Shown: positions 37,890 to 48,272, counted from the stretch's first letter. The stretch is DNA of 64,000 bases from Candidatus Aenigmatarchaeota archaeon (GCA_038742305.1 JAVYKI010000004.1:19-64018); one strand, 5' to 3'. Notes: a model not told the origin generated them from the sequence alone. A program made the numbers and translations.

Positions 37890-38947
37890 TGTTCAAAAAA
37901 TATTATTCCTTTTTCTTTTGCATATCTTAAAACTTTTTCATATTCTTCTTCCAAAATTCTTCTATTAATTTCTGGATATTCCTTTGCTTTATATTCTGGT
38001 CTATATTGGTTCATTATGTTTAAAACATATTTTTCTTTTAAATTATCTTTTATCCAATCTATTATTTTGAGGCTACAACATTCTATATGATTTGGTAAAA
38101 CCAAATGCCTTAATGAAAGTTCTGAAAAATTGTTTGCAAACTTTATATTTCTTGTAGCTATTTCAAAATAATTTCTAACTTTTGATAATCTTTTTGCACA
38201 TTCGTTATTTCCATATTTTATATCGTAAAGATAAACATCTACAATTCCAGCAAGTAAGTTTATTGCTATTTCGCTTTCATAAGCATTTGAATTCCAAACA
38301 ACTGGAATATTCGAATTTACATGCTTTAAAACTTTTAAAATATAATGTAAATTTGGAGTCGGCTCTCCTCCAACAAAATTTACATTTCTATTCCCTTCTA
38401 AAAATGCTAAATCTATTTCTTTTGCAACAATTTCTTCTTTTATATAGATTCCATTTTTTGAGTTTTGGGATATATCAAAATTTTGACAAAAAACACATCT
38501 AAAATTGCAACCAGCAAAAAATATTGTAAAAGAAGGAGTTATCCAGCTTTCTTCTCCCAAATGCATAAACATTGAAGAAATTCTTGGATAATAGCTTACT
38601 CCACAATATCCAGCTCTTTCTTTTCTATTTACTTTGCACTTTATTTCGCAAAATTCACAACTTTCAACTATTTTTTCTGCAATTAAAATTTTCAAGTCTA
38701 ATAAGCTTTTTTCAGCACCTTTATTTCCAATATTTTCTAAATTCTTGAAAAAGTCTTTTATTTCTTCATTATGAATTTTCATTAATTCTTCTAAGCTTTC
38801 ATTTTCATTAAAATCTACTTCATATCTTTTTGCTAATTGAAACAAAGGAATTTTATTACCATTAAGTATATTATAATATCTAGGCAAAAATTCTTTGATC
38901 GTTTCAAGTCCAAAAACAGCATCTAACCTATATATTTGCCAATTCAT
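37886..38947 (-). CDS. radical SAM enzyme, second AmrS/PflA-like paralog
   Basis: N-terminal CEFCEIKC…AGYCGV cluster plus CNFRCVFCQN (CxxxCxxC). Same architecture as the 33925..34980 protein. Confidence 0.8.
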   Translation of the reverse strand: MNWQIYRLDAVFGLETIKEFLPRYYNILNGNKIPLFQLAKRYEVDFNENESLEELMKIHNEEIKDFFKNLENIGNKGAEKSLLDLKILIAEKIVESCEFCEIKCKVNRKERAGYCGVSYYPRISSMFMHLGEESWITPSFTIFFAGCNFRCVFCQNFDISQNSKNGIYIKEEIVAKEIDLAFLEGNRNVNFVGGEPTPNLHYILKVLKHVNSNIPVVWNSNAYESEIAINLLAGIVDVYLYDIKYGNNECAKRLSKVRNYFEIATRNIKFANNFSELSLRHLVLPNHIECCSLKIIDWIKDNLKEKYVLNIMNQYRPEYKAKEYPEINRRILEEEYEKVLRYAKEKGIIFFEQ

Positions 38948-38973
38948 ATTTTTATTTTTACAACAATTAATTT

Positions 38974-40392
38974 ATGATAGATGAAGAAAAAATTAGAGAA
39001 GTTTTAAAAGAAGCTTATAAAATTGTTGTCCCAACAAAAGCTGAACAAGAAGCACTTCTTAATTTTGCTAATAAAATTGTAAATATTGCAAACGAGTTTG
39101 CTAAAGTTTATAATGCAGAAGCTGTATTAGTTGGAAGCGTTGCTAGAGATACTTGGCTTCCGGGAAAAAAAGAAATTGATGTATTCATCCAATTACCACT
39201 CTATTTTTCAAGAGAAAAGCTAGAAGAAATAGGTTTAATAATAGGAAAAAGAGTAGCCGAAGCAATTGGGGCTGAATATGTTATAGAATATGCAGAGCAT
39301 CCATATGTTAGGCTTAAATTTCAAGATTTTCAAGCAGATATAGTTCCTTGCTATAAAATAAAAAGTGTAGATGAAATGAAAAGCTCAGTAGATAGAAGCA
39401 CTTTGCATAATGAATACTTAAAAAGTAGAATAGGCTTAATTTCTAATGAAGTAAGGCTTTTGAAACAATTCTTGATAGCTAATGAAATTTATGGAGCTGA
39501 AGCAAAAGTTAATGGATTTAGCGGTTATGTTGCTGAGCTATTAATTTTAAATTATGGAACTTTTTTAAATCTTTTAAAAGATGCTATTAGTTGGTTGCCA
39601 GGAAAAATTATAGATGTTGCAAGACATTATGATGAAAGCGAACATTATAAACTAAGAAAAATTTTTAAATCAGCTATTATAGTAATTGATCCAGTAGATA
39701 AAAATAGAAATGCAGCAGCTGCTTTAAGTTTTTATAACTTTTTTAAGTTTAAAAATTTAGCAAGGAAGTTTCTAGAAAATCCATCTATAGAATTTTTCTT
39801 GAAAAAAGAAGTTAAACCCTTTACTTATCAAGAGTTAGTATACTTTCAAATAAAAAGAAGAACTAACTTAATAGTTTTAAGGTTTAAAAGGCCAGAAGTT
39901 GTTGATGATATAATTTATCCTCAACTTAGAAAATTTGTTAGAAGAATTCTAAAAATACTTGAACAATATAATTTCAAAGCATTAAATTATGATGTTTTTG
40001 CTTCAGAAAAATATGGTTATGTTGTTCTAGAAATGGAAATATTTAAGTTGCCAAAAATAGAAAAAAGAATTGGACCAATTGTTTTTGATATAGAAAATAG
40101 TATAAGATTTTTGAAAAAATATGAAAATTATTTAACATATGTTGAAAATGATAAATGGGTAGCTGAAATACCTAGAAGGTTTGAAAAAGCTATAGATAAA
40201 ATAAGAGATAGTTTAAATAAAAGCGAGGAAATTCTTTTAGCTAAAGGTATTCCAAATTATATTGCAAAAGAAATTTCTAAAAAATATGAAATAACTGAAG
40301 AAAGTTCTCAAATATTAAAGTTTATGGAAGAAGATGTTGAATTTGCAAAATTTTTAAGAAAGTTTTTTGAAAAAGTAAAATTATTGCTATGA
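38974..40392 (+). CDS. cca: archaeal CCA-adding enzyme (class I tRNA nucleotidyltransferase)
   Basis: LVGSVARDTWLPGKKEIDVFI (GS…D.D nucleotidyltransferase motif) and archaeal body/tail length. Confidence 0.9.
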   Translation: MIDEEKIREVLKEAYKIVVPTKAEQEALLNFANKIVNIANEFAKVYNAEAVLVGSVARDTWLPGKKEIDVFIQLPLYFSREKLEEIGLIIGKRVAEAIGAEYVIEYAEHPYVRLKFQDFQADIVPCYKIKSVDEMKSSVDRSTLHNEYLKSRIGLISNEVRLLKQFLIANEIYGAEAKVNGFSGYVAELLILNYGTFLNLLKDAISWLPGKIIDVARHYDESEHYKLRKIFKSAIIVIDPVDKNRNAAAALSFYNFFKFKNLARKFLENPSIEFFLKKEVKPFTYQELVYFQIKRRTNLIVLRFKRPEVVDDIIYPQLRKFVRRILKILEQYNFKALNYDVFASEKYGYVVLEMEIFKLPKIEKRIGPIVFDIENSIRFLKKYENYLTYVENDKWVAEIPRRFEKAIDKIRDSLNKSEEILLAKGIPNYIAKEISKKYEITEESSQILKFMEEDVEFAKFLRKFFEKVKLLL

Positions 40393-41129
40393 GAATAATA
40401 GCAATTACTAGCGGCAAAGGCGGAGCAGGAAAAACTTTTATTTCTGTTAATCTTGCAGCTGCTTTGGCTTATTTAGGAAAAGATGTAACTTTAATAGATG
40501 CAAACTTTACTACTCCAAACACTGGCTTATTTTTAGGAATTTCAACTTATAAAAATACTATTCACGATTTACTTTCTGGAAATTTTAATTCAAACTTTGT
40601 TTATTCAACCCCTTTTGGCTTTAACGTTGTTCCAGGAAGCTTAAGCATTTATTCTATGGTTAATGCAAGAATAGAAAATTTTGATAAAGTTTTTGAAAAA
40701 ATAAATAGCGAATTTGTTTTGCTAGATACTGCAGCTGGAATAGGAAGGGAATGCAGCTATGTGCTACTTTCTTCAAAAGAAGTTTTTATAATAGTTAATC
40801 CAGAAATTACAAGCATAATAGATGCTTTAAGAGTTAAAAAGGCAGTTGAATTAATGAAAAAAAGAGTAATAGGAATAATAGCTAATAAAGTTAGAAGTTC
40901 AAAAGATTTGGAAAGGATAAAAAATTATTTTGGAGAAGAAATAGTAGCTGTTTTACCAGAAGATAAAAGAGTATTAAATTCTTTAGAACAAAAAATTCCC
41001 TTTATTCATCTTTACCCTAAATCTGTTATTTCTTCTCAAATTTTTAATTTGGCTGCAAAAATTTCAAATAGTTTTTTAGAATTTAAGCCAAGCTTTTTAG
41101 AAAAAATGAAATTTTTATGGATGAAATAA
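40389..41129 (+). CDS. MinD/ParA-family P-loop ATPase
   Basis: Deviant Walker A IAITSGKGGAGKTF. Confidence 0.85.
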   Translation: MRIIAITSGKGGAGKTFISVNLAAALAYLGKDVTLIDANFTTPNTGLFLGISTYKNTIHDLLSGNFNSNFVYSTPFGFNVVPGSLSIYSMVNARIENFDKVFEKINSEFVLLDTAAGIGRECSYVLLSSKEVFIIVNPEITSIIDALRVKKAVELMKKRVIGIIANKVRSSKDLERIKNYFGEEIVAVLPEDKRVLNSLEQKIPFIHLYPKSVISSQIFNLAAKISNSFLEFKPSFLEKMKFLWMK

Positions 41130-42598
41130 TAAGTGCAGTAAAAAAAGTTGTTGGAAATTGTGAAGTTGTAGAAGTTGGAGTAAAAGAGGGAAAGGGAAAT
41201 TATATTGATTTTGATTGTAGAGTTTTATATAAGGAAGATATTGAAAAAATACAAGAAGAATTAGATAAAAAAGGTATATATGTTTATATAACAGCTTTTT
41301 CTTCTAGCTTTTCTAAAAAATTAAATAAAGCAACTCAAAGAATTTATTTTAGATTTTTCAATTCTTTAGAAGAAAAAGAAAAATTTATTAAAGAATTAGA
41401 AGAAGCAAAGAGAAGAGACCATAGATTTTTGGGAGAGCAACTAGATTTATTTCATTTTGAAGAAGAAATAATTGGTTCTGGCTTGCCGCTATTTCACTTT
41501 AATGGAGCAATAATTAGGAATGAATTAATAAATTTTATTCGAGAAATTAATGAAGAGCTTGGATTTAAAGAAGTTTTTACTCCTCATTTAAGTAAAGCAA
41601 ACTTGTGGAAAATTTCTGGACATTATGATAAATATAAAGATAAAATGTTTTTGTGGAAGCAAGATGAAGAAGAATATGGATTAAAGCCTATGAATTGCCC
41701 AATGCATTTAATGATTTTCAAGTTTAAAGTAAGAAGTTATAGAGATTTGCCTTTTAGAATTGCAGAATTTGCAACTGTTTATAGAAAAGAACAAAGCGGA
41801 GAGCTTCATGGATTATCTAGAGTATGGAGCATTACTCAAGACGATCATCATGTAATTTTAACTTTAGAGCAAGTAAAAGATGAAATAAAAAGAATAATTG
41901 AAAAAGTTTTGTATGTTTATGATAAGTTTAATTTAAAAGATGCTAAGCTTTATTTATCTACGAGACCAGAACTTTATATAGGAGGAATAGAAGAATGGAA
42001 TTTTGCTGAAGAAAAGCTTAAAGAAATATTAAAGGAAATTGGAGTTTCTTTTGAAATAAAAGAAGGGGAAGGAGCTTTTTATGGTCCAAAAATAGATTTC
42101 GAAGCTAAAGATGCTTTAGGAAGGTTTTGGCAATTAACAACTATACAATTAGATTTTAATTTGCCTAGAAGGTTTGAAATAACTTATGTAGATAAAGATG
42201 GAAAAGAAAAGTATCCAGTAATGATTCATTTTGCAATTTTAGGCTCTATAGAAAGGTTTATGTCTATTATAATAGAGCATTATGCTGGAAGATTTCCTTT
42301 ATGGTTAGCTCCAATTCAAGTAGCAGTATTACCTCTATCTGAAAAATACTATAAAGAATCTTTGGAATTTTTGGAAGAATTAAAAAAGAATAAAATAAGG
42401 GCTGAAATTTTTTCTGAAGGAACTTTAGAATATAGAATTAGAGAATGTGAAATATTAAAAATTCCTTATATTGCTGTTTTGGGTAAAAAAGAAGTAGAAA
42501 GCGGAAGTGTAACTATAAGATATAAAGGAGAACTGCTTAGTTTGAAAAGGGAAGAATTTATTAAAAAGTTGAAAGAAGAAATTTCGCAAAGAATTTAA
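41117..42598 (+). CDS. thrS: threonyl-tRNA synthetase, catalytic-type (no recognisable N-terminal editing domain)
   Basis: RDHRFLGEQLDLF, class II motif 2 FRIAEFATVYRKEQSGELHGLSRV, motif 3 region and anticodon-binding tail. The roughly 95-aa N-terminus is too short for the archaeal editing domain. Confidence 0.85.
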   Translation: MDEIISAVKKVVGNCEVVEVGVKEGKGNYIDFDCRVLYKEDIEKIQEELDKKGIYVYITAFSSSFSKKLNKATQRIYFRFFNSLEEKEKFIKELEEAKRRDHRFLGEQLDLFHFEEEIIGSGLPLFHFNGAIIRNELINFIREINEELGFKEVFTPHLSKANLWKISGHYDKYKDKMFLWKQDEEEYGLKPMNCPMHLMIFKFKVRSYRDLPFRIAEFATVYRKEQSGELHGLSRVWSITQDDHHVILTLEQVKDEIKRIIEKVLYVYDKFNLKDAKLYLSTRPELYIGGIEEWNFAEEKLKEILKEIGVSFEIKEGEGAFYGPKIDFEAKDALGRFWQLTTIQLDFNLPRRFEITYVDKDGKEKYPVMIHFAILGSIERFMSIIIEHYAGRFPLWLAPIQVAVLPLSEKYYKESLEFLEELKKNKIRAEIFSEGTLEYRIRECEILKIPYIAVLGKKEVESGSVTIRYKGELLSLKREEFIKKLKEEISQRI

Positions 42599-43125
42599 AT
42601 TATATAAATAGGATTTTTAAGTGAAAGAATAAGATGTCTAATAATAACTGCTAATTTATCATTTCTTAAATAGTTGTCTGGTAAAGTATTTATTTCAGGT
42701 AACGCTAGTTCTTCTAAATCTCCAAAGTAAATTTTTGTTGCAAAACCTTCCCCCAAACTTATAACTAAAATGCCATCTTTATTATATACATTTATAGTGA
42801 AATCAGCAAGTTTTTTTGAATAAGAAATTAATTTTTCTAAACCATTAAAGAAAACGGAAATAATTCTATCATTTAGATGTATTTCATACATTTTTGCAAA
42901 TCCTCCATAAATTTTAAGGAAGTTTTCTAAATCTTCTAATTCGAAGTGAATATAATATTCACCATTATAAATCATACCATAACTTTCATCAATTATATCG
43001 TCTTCATCTTCTACCTCTTTTCTGTAACTTAAAGATTTATTACTAAGACTGCTTTTATGTCTTATTAATGGAATTTCAATATACAAACACTCTTCAATAC
43101 CTTTGAGTGGTGAATATCTTTCCAT
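42595..43125 (-). CDS. hypothetical protein
   Basis: 176-aa acidic soluble ORF with no motif recognised. Confidence 0.5.
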   Translation of the reverse strand: MERYSPLKGIEECLYIEIPLIRHKSSLSNKSLSYRKEVEDEDDIIDESYGMIYNGEYYIHFELEDLENFLKIYGGFAKMYEIHLNDRIISVFFNGLEKLISYSKKLADFTINVYNKDGILVISLGEGFATKIYFGDLEELALPEINTLPDNYLRNDKLAVIIRHLILSLKNPIYII

Positions 43126-44254
43126 ATATCCTTTCCATTATTTATTAATAAATTTAAATTTTATGATTTGTAAACATTTTGGAATTTGTGGTGGCTGTAC
43201 TTTTCAAAACTTAGACTATAAGGAAGAAGTAAAATTAAAAAAGCAAAAGCTAGAAAATTATTTAGATTTTGTTGATATAAGTAAAAAATTTATAGAAGCA
43301 AAATCAAGATTTTTCTACAGAAACAGAATGGATTTTGTTATAAATAAAGAAAATGAAAAAATATTAATAGGATTAAGAGAAAAAGGAAGATGGTTTAAAG
43401 TTGTAAATCTTGAAGAATGTTTAATTTTTTCTGAAAAAACTTTTGAATATTTGAAAAGTATAAAAGAGTTTTTAGAAAAGAATGGTTTAGAAGCTTATGA
43501 TTTAATAAATAAAACTGGAAATGTTAGGTATGCAGTAATAAGAGAAAGTAAAAATATTAAAAAAATTCATGTTAATTTCGTTGTAGCTAAAGATTTTCCT
43601 GCTGAAAAATTTTTAAAAGAATATAACAATCTTTTTACATCAGTTTCAGTTTCTATTAATGATACCCCTTCAGATGTTTCTTACGGAAAATTAAAAGATT
43701 ACTATGGAGAAATTTATAGCGAAAAAATTTATGATTTAGAATTTATAATTAGTCCAAACTCTTTTTTTCAAACTAATACTAAAATGGCAGAAGTTTTATT
43801 AAAAGAAGTAGAAAAATTTGTTGAAGGAAAATTTTTGCTAGATTTATATAGCGGAGTAGGACTATTTTCTCTTTATTTTGCTAATAAGTTTGAAAAAGTT
43901 ATAGGAGTAGAAATTGAAGAAAGCTCTGTAGAAGATGCTAAGAAAAACGCAATTTTTAACAGTATAAGAAATGTAAATTTTATAAAATCGAGAGTAGAAG
44001 ATGTTATAAGAGTTTTGAATGGAGATTTTGCAATTGTAGACCCACCAAGAGCTGGATTATCTAAAAAAGTTATTAAAGGATTAATTTCTAATAAAAATAT
44101 CAAACGGCTTCTTTATGTTTCTTGCAATGTTAAAACTTTAGCTAGAGATTTAAAAATTTTAAAAAACGAATTTGAAATATTGGATGTAATTGGTTTTGAT
44201 TTCTTTCCAAATACAGAACATTTTGAAATAGTAAGCTTTTTAAGTAGAAAATAG
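43103..44254 (+). CDS. TrmA/RumA-family RNA (uracil-C5)-methyltransferase with Fe-S cluster
   Basis: CKHFGICGGC cysteine cluster, SAM motif DLYSGVGLFS, catalytic YVSCN. Confidence 0.85.
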   Translation: MSGEYLSIYPFHYLLINLNFMICKHFGICGGCTFQNLDYKEEVKLKKQKLENYLDFVDISKKFIEAKSRFFYRNRMDFVINKENEKILIGLREKGRWFKVVNLEECLIFSEKTFEYLKSIKEFLEKNGLEAYDLINKTGNVRYAVIRESKNIKKIHVNFVVAKDFPAEKFLKEYNNLFTSVSVSINDTPSDVSYGKLKDYYGEIYSEKIYDLEFIISPNSFFQTNTKMAEVLLKEVEKFVEGKFLLDLYSGVGLFSLYFANKFEKVIGVEIEESSVEDAKKNAIFNSIRNVNFIKSRVEDVIRVLNGDFAIVDPPRAGLSKKVIKGLISNKNIKRLLYVSCNVKTLARDLKILKNEFEILDVIGFDFFPNTEHFEIVSFLSRK

Positions 44255-44269
44255 TAATATTATAATATT

Positions 44270-45307
44270 ATGATATTGTTTTTTGACCCTTTATATATAG
44301 CTTTAATGATAATCGGATATATAACAATGATTTTCTTAGCTTCGTTTATAGCCCCTAAAATAGCAGCTAGATTTGCTGGAAGATTTTCCCTTTATACTTC
44401 AATGTTTATTCTAGCAATTTTAACTATTTTCACCTTTTCCTTTACTCTTTATTTAATTATTTACTTTGCATTCCAATATTTACAAATTTCAATATTAAAC
44501 TTATTCTTCTCTGTGCTAATAGGTGTAATAATTTTAAACTTAATAACTTACTTGCTTTCTCCTTTAATATTAAAAATTGCTTATGGATTAGAAGAAAGCA
44601 AAGAAGTACAACAAATTGTTGATAAAGTAAAACAAAAGTTAAATTATAAAGGAAAACTAATAGGAGTAATAGCTAGAAACTTTCCTTTGCCAAACGCTTT
44701 TGCTTTTGGTAATTTTATTTTTGGTAAATATGTTGCTGTAACAGAAAGCATGCTAAAGCTTACTAATGAAAAAGAATTAGAGGCAGTAATTGGTCATGAA
44801 ATAGGGCATCATATGCATAAAGATAATGCAATAATGTTAATGTTCGGTCTTTTGCCTTCTATACTTTATTTCATAGGATATTACTTAATAACTTCTAGGC
44901 AAGAAGAAAAAAGTGCTGCATTTATTTTATTAGGAATCTTTGCTGTAATTATTTCTTTTGTAGTTCAAATATTAGTTCTAGCTTTTAGCAGGTTAAGAGA
45001 ATATTTTGCTGATCTAGAAGGAGCTAAAGCTGCTGGAAAAACAAGTATGCAATCAGCTCTAGCTAAGTTGCATGCTTATTATTCAAATAATAAAGAAGAA
45101 ACTGAAGACACCGAAGATTTAGGAAACTTAGGTAAAACTTTGTTTATTTATGCTTTTACAGAAACTTTAGCAAATCCATTAGTTAGCATTAACAAGAAAT
45201 ATATAGAAAATTTGAAGAAGCAAGAAGTAAGTGCTTTAGAAGAATTTTTATCCACTCATCCCCCAATTCCTAAAAGGTTAAGATTTTTAGATTCTTTACC
45301 TTATTAA
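44270..45307 (+). CDS. htpX: M48-family zinc metalloprotease (HtpX-like), second copy
   Basis: HEIGHHMH (HEXXH) with four TM helices. Confidence 0.85.
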   Translation: MILFFDPLYIALMIIGYITMIFLASFIAPKIAARFAGRFSLYTSMFILAILTIFTFSFTLYLIIYFAFQYLQISILNLFFSVLIGVIILNLITYLLSPLILKIAYGLEESKEVQQIVDKVKQKLNYKGKLIGVIARNFPLPNAFAFGNFIFGKYVAVTESMLKLTNEKELEAVIGHEIGHHMHKDNAIMLMFGLLPSILYFIGYYLITSRQEEKSAAFILLGIFAVIISFVVQILVLAFSRLREYFADLEGAKAAGKTSMQSALAKLHAYYSNNKEETEDTEDLGNLGKTLFIYAFTETLANPLVSINKKYIENLKKQEVSALEEFLSTHPPIPKRLRFLDSLPY

Positions 45308-46290
45308 TGATATCTTTAGGAATAGAGTCTACTGCTCATACAATTGCAATAGGAATAGTTGATGAAAACAAAATTCTTGCTGATGTAAGAAGTACTGTTT
45401 CTACTGAGCCGGGAAAAGGTTTTTTGCCTAGAGAGCTTTTTCAGCATCATGCAAAAGAAGTTGAAGGATTAATTGTTAAAGCTTTAGAAGAAGCTAAAAT
45501 TAGTTTAGAAGAAATAGATTTAATAAGCTTTTCTAAAGGAATGGGAATTCCAAATGCTTTAAGAGTAGGAGCTGCTGTTGCAAGATATTTAGCAATAAAA
45601 CTTAATAAACCTTTAATTGGAGTAAATCACGGAATAGCTCACATAGAAATAGGAAGGTTATTAACTAATTGTAAAGATCCTGTAGTTGTCTATTTGTCTG
45701 GAGGCAACACTCAAATAATAACTTATATTAATGGAAGATACAGAGTTGTTGGAGAAACTGAAGATATTGCAATAGGTAACGCTATAGATGAAATTGCAAG
45801 GTTTTTAAATTTAGAAATGCCTGGTGGCCCAAAAATCGAAGAAATTGCAAAAAAAGGGAAAGAATATATTGAAATGCCTTATACTATAAAAGGCGCTAAC
45901 ATGAGCTTTAGCGGAATTGTTACTCATGTAAAAAAGTTAATAAATAGTAAAAGTTATAGATTAGAAGATATAATTTTTAGTTTTCAAGAAACAATTTTTT
46001 CAATTATTGTTGAAGCTACAGAAAGAGTTTTAGCAGCTACAAATAAGAATGAAGTTTTGTTAGTTGGAGGGGTAGCTACAAACAAAAGACTTCAAGAAAT
46101 GATGAATATAATGTGTAATGAAAGAAATGCAAAATTCTATGTTGTTCCTCAAAAGTATGCTGCAGATAATGGAGTAATGATAGCTTATACAGGCTTATTA
46201 ATGTATAAAAGTGGATATAAAGAAGAAATAGAAAAAAGTAGTGTTAAAAGAAATTGGAGAATTGAAGATGTAGAAATAAAGTGGTATTAA
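45307..46290 (+). CDS. kae1: Kae1 (tRNA t6A37 threonylcarbamoyl transferase, KEOPS catalytic subunit), not fused to Bud32
   Basis: MISLGIESTAHTIAIGIV N-terminus, HIAHI metal-binding motif and SGGNTQ. No kinase domain follows. Confidence 0.9.
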   Translation: MISLGIESTAHTIAIGIVDENKILADVRSTVSTEPGKGFLPRELFQHHAKEVEGLIVKALEEAKISLEEIDLISFSKGMGIPNALRVGAAVARYLAIKLNKPLIGVNHGIAHIEIGRLLTNCKDPVVVYLSGGNTQIITYINGRYRVVGETEDIAIGNAIDEIARFLNLEMPGGPKIEEIAKKGKEYIEMPYTIKGANMSFSGIVTHVKKLINSKSYRLEDIIFSFQETIFSIIVEATERVLAATNKNEVLLVGGVATNKRLQEMMNIMCNERNAKFYVVPQKYAADNGVMIAYTGLLMYKSGYKEEIEKSSVKRNWRIEDVEIKWY

Positions 46291-46538
46291 ATTAATTCCT
46301 TTTCGTTTACTATTACAAAGTCCCCAATATTTTTTACAGCGCTAAAAGGTATTAGATATCTTCCTGTTTCATCTTTCTTTAAGTTAAACTCTTCCAAATA
46401 TTTTGTTGGGCTTTCTACTACTATATTTAAAAGTTCTCCAGTTTCTACTATAAAGTCTATGTTATAAACCACTCCCATTTTTTTGCCGCTTTCTCCTACA
46501 ATTATTTTTCCTATTATTTCTTGAACTCTTGGCTTCAT
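46287..46538 (-). CDS. PRC-barrel domain protein
   Basis: 83 aa; pattern of small archaeal PRC-barrel proteins (GKKMGVVYNIDFIVETGEL). Confidence 0.55.
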   Translation of the reverse strand: MKPRVQEIIGKIIVGESGKKMGVVYNIDFIVETGELLNIVVESPTKYLEEFNLKKDETGRYLIPFSAVKNIGDFVIVNEKELI

Positions 46539-46563
46539 AATATAATTAATCTTTATATTAATA

Positions 46564-47082
46564 ATGAGAGTTTTTATTGCTTCTTTTTTGCCAAACGAAT
46601 TAAAAGGGGAAATAATAAAAATTCAAAACGAAATAAAAAATTATGTTGTTGCAAAGTTTGTTGAAGAAGAAAATTTACACATATCTTATTCTTTTTTAGG
46701 AGAAATAAATGAAGAAGAATTAGAAATTGTAAAGCGAAGGCTTAAAGATTTAGAATTTGAAAATTCTTTTGAAATAATTTTAAATAGCATTAAATTAATT
46801 CCTTCTCCAAATTTTGTTAGGGTAATTGCTCTAGATGTAAAAAGTCAAAAAGGAGAAGAAATAAGGAAATGGATTGAAGAAAATATTGGAGGAGATTCAA
46901 AACCTTTACATTTAACTTTATGTAGAGTAAAAACTTTTACAAACAAAAAAGGTTTTATGGATTATTTGAAAAGCAAAAAAATTAACTTTAAATTTATAGT
47001 AAATGAAATAGCAATAGTAAAAAGTACATTAACTTATAGCGGACCAATTTATGAAAAAATCTTTTCAGTTAAATTACTTTGA
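46564..47082 (+). CDS. ligT: 2'-5' RNA ligase / 2H phosphoesterase (LigT/ThpR)
   Basis: Two H-x-T/S-x motifs (HISYSF and HLTLCR). Confidence 0.8.
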   Translation: MRVFIASFLPNELKGEIIKIQNEIKNYVVAKFVEEENLHISYSFLGEINEEELEIVKRRLKDLEFENSFEIILNSIKLIPSPNFVRVIALDVKSQKGEEIRKWIEENIGGDSKPLHLTLCRVKTFTNKKGFMDYLKSKKINFKFIVNEIAIVKSTLTYSGPIYEKIFSVKLL

Positions 47083-47670
47083 ATTAATGCAAAATTCACA
47101 AAGCCATCTACCTTCTACTAATGTTAAAGTACCAACATTGCCACATTCTTCACAAATTCCAATACTTTCTGTTTCGAGCTCTTCTAATTTACTTTTTTTA
47201 ACTTTTCCGCCTAGCTCTCTTTTTAAAGCTAAAATATCCAAATAGTCAGGAATATATCTTGCAATATCTGTAGCAGAAATTATACCAACAACTTTTCCAT
47301 TATCCACTACAACTAATCTTTTTATTCTATATTTTTTCATTAAATATGAAGCTCTTTGAACGTTTTCATTTGCCTTTATAGTAATTAAAGGAGTACTAAC
47401 AACATCTTTCGCTTTTACTTTTTTTGGGTCTAATCCTTTTGCTACAACTTTTTTAATTATATCACTATCAGTTATAATTCCATATATTTTTCCTTTTCTT
47501 TTTATTAAAACAGATCCAACTTTTTTCATCTTTTTTGCAATGTTTTGAATGTTAGAATTTTCATCTGCAGTAACTAGTTTTTTTATCATTAAGTCTTTAA
47601 TTTTTATCTCCATAAATTTAATAAGATTTAAATAAAATATGGAAGAAGTTAAAAAAGGTACAACAACCAT
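47074..47670 (-). CDS. CBS-pair domain protein with C-terminal zinc ribbon
   Basis: Tandem CBS motifs and a CEECGN…CEFC tail. Confidence 0.75.
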   Translation of the reverse strand: MVVVPFLTSSIFYLNLIKFMEIKIKDLMIKKLVTADENSNIQNIAKKMKKVGSVLIKRKGKIYGIITDSDIIKKVVAKGLDPKKVKAKDVVSTPLITIKANENVQRASYLMKKYRIKRLVVVDNGKVVGIISATDIARYIPDYLDILALKRELGGKVKKSKLEELETESIGICEECGNVGTLTLVEGRWLCEFCINSK

Positions 47671-48244
47671 TGGAATAATATGTAAAAATGGTATAATATT
47701 AGCTGCTGAAAAAAAGGCAACTTTAGGCTTTTTAGTAGCAAGTAAAGAAACAGAAAAAATAGTTAAACTTTCAGATTATATAGCAATGACAACAGCAGGA
47801 AGCGTTGGAGATAATCAATTATTAACTAGATTAATGAGAGCTGAAATAAGATTATTCGAAATAGAAAACAATAGAAGAATAAGCGTTAGAGCAGCAGCAA
47901 CATTACTTTCAAACATTTTGCAATCATACAAATTCTTCCCGTTTTATGTTCAATTGCTTTTAGCTGGATATGATGAATATGAAGGCTTTAAACTTTTTTC
48001 ATTAGATATGCTAGGAGGAATGGAAGAAGAAAAAGAATATTCAGCAACTGGAAGCGGAATGCCTTTCGCATTAGGAGTTTTAGAGGCATTATATTCAAAA
48101 GATATAGATGTTGAAAAAGGAAAAGAAATAGCAATTAAAGCTATAAAAGCTGCTATGGAAAGAGACATTGGCTCTGGAGGAAAAGGTATAGATATAGCAA
48201 CTATAACAGAAAAAGGTATAAATATAGAAACTATAAAAATATAA
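47639..48244 (+). CDS. psmB: proteasome beta subunit
   Basis: Short propeptide then catalytic TTTIGIICKNGIILAAEK (Thr1), conserved Asp/Lys, GSG region. Confidence 0.9.
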   Translation: MEEVKKGTTTIGIICKNGIILAAEKKATLGFLVASKETEKIVKLSDYIAMTTAGSVGDNQLLTRLMRAEIRLFEIENNRRISVRAAATLLSNILQSYKFFPFYVQLLLAGYDEYEGFKLFSLDMLGGMEEEKEYSATGSGMPFALGVLEALYSKDIDVEKGKEIAIKAIKAAMERDIGSGGKGIDIATITEKGINIETIKI

Positions 48245-48272
48245 TTATTCTCATTATTCTTTTTGCGAAATT

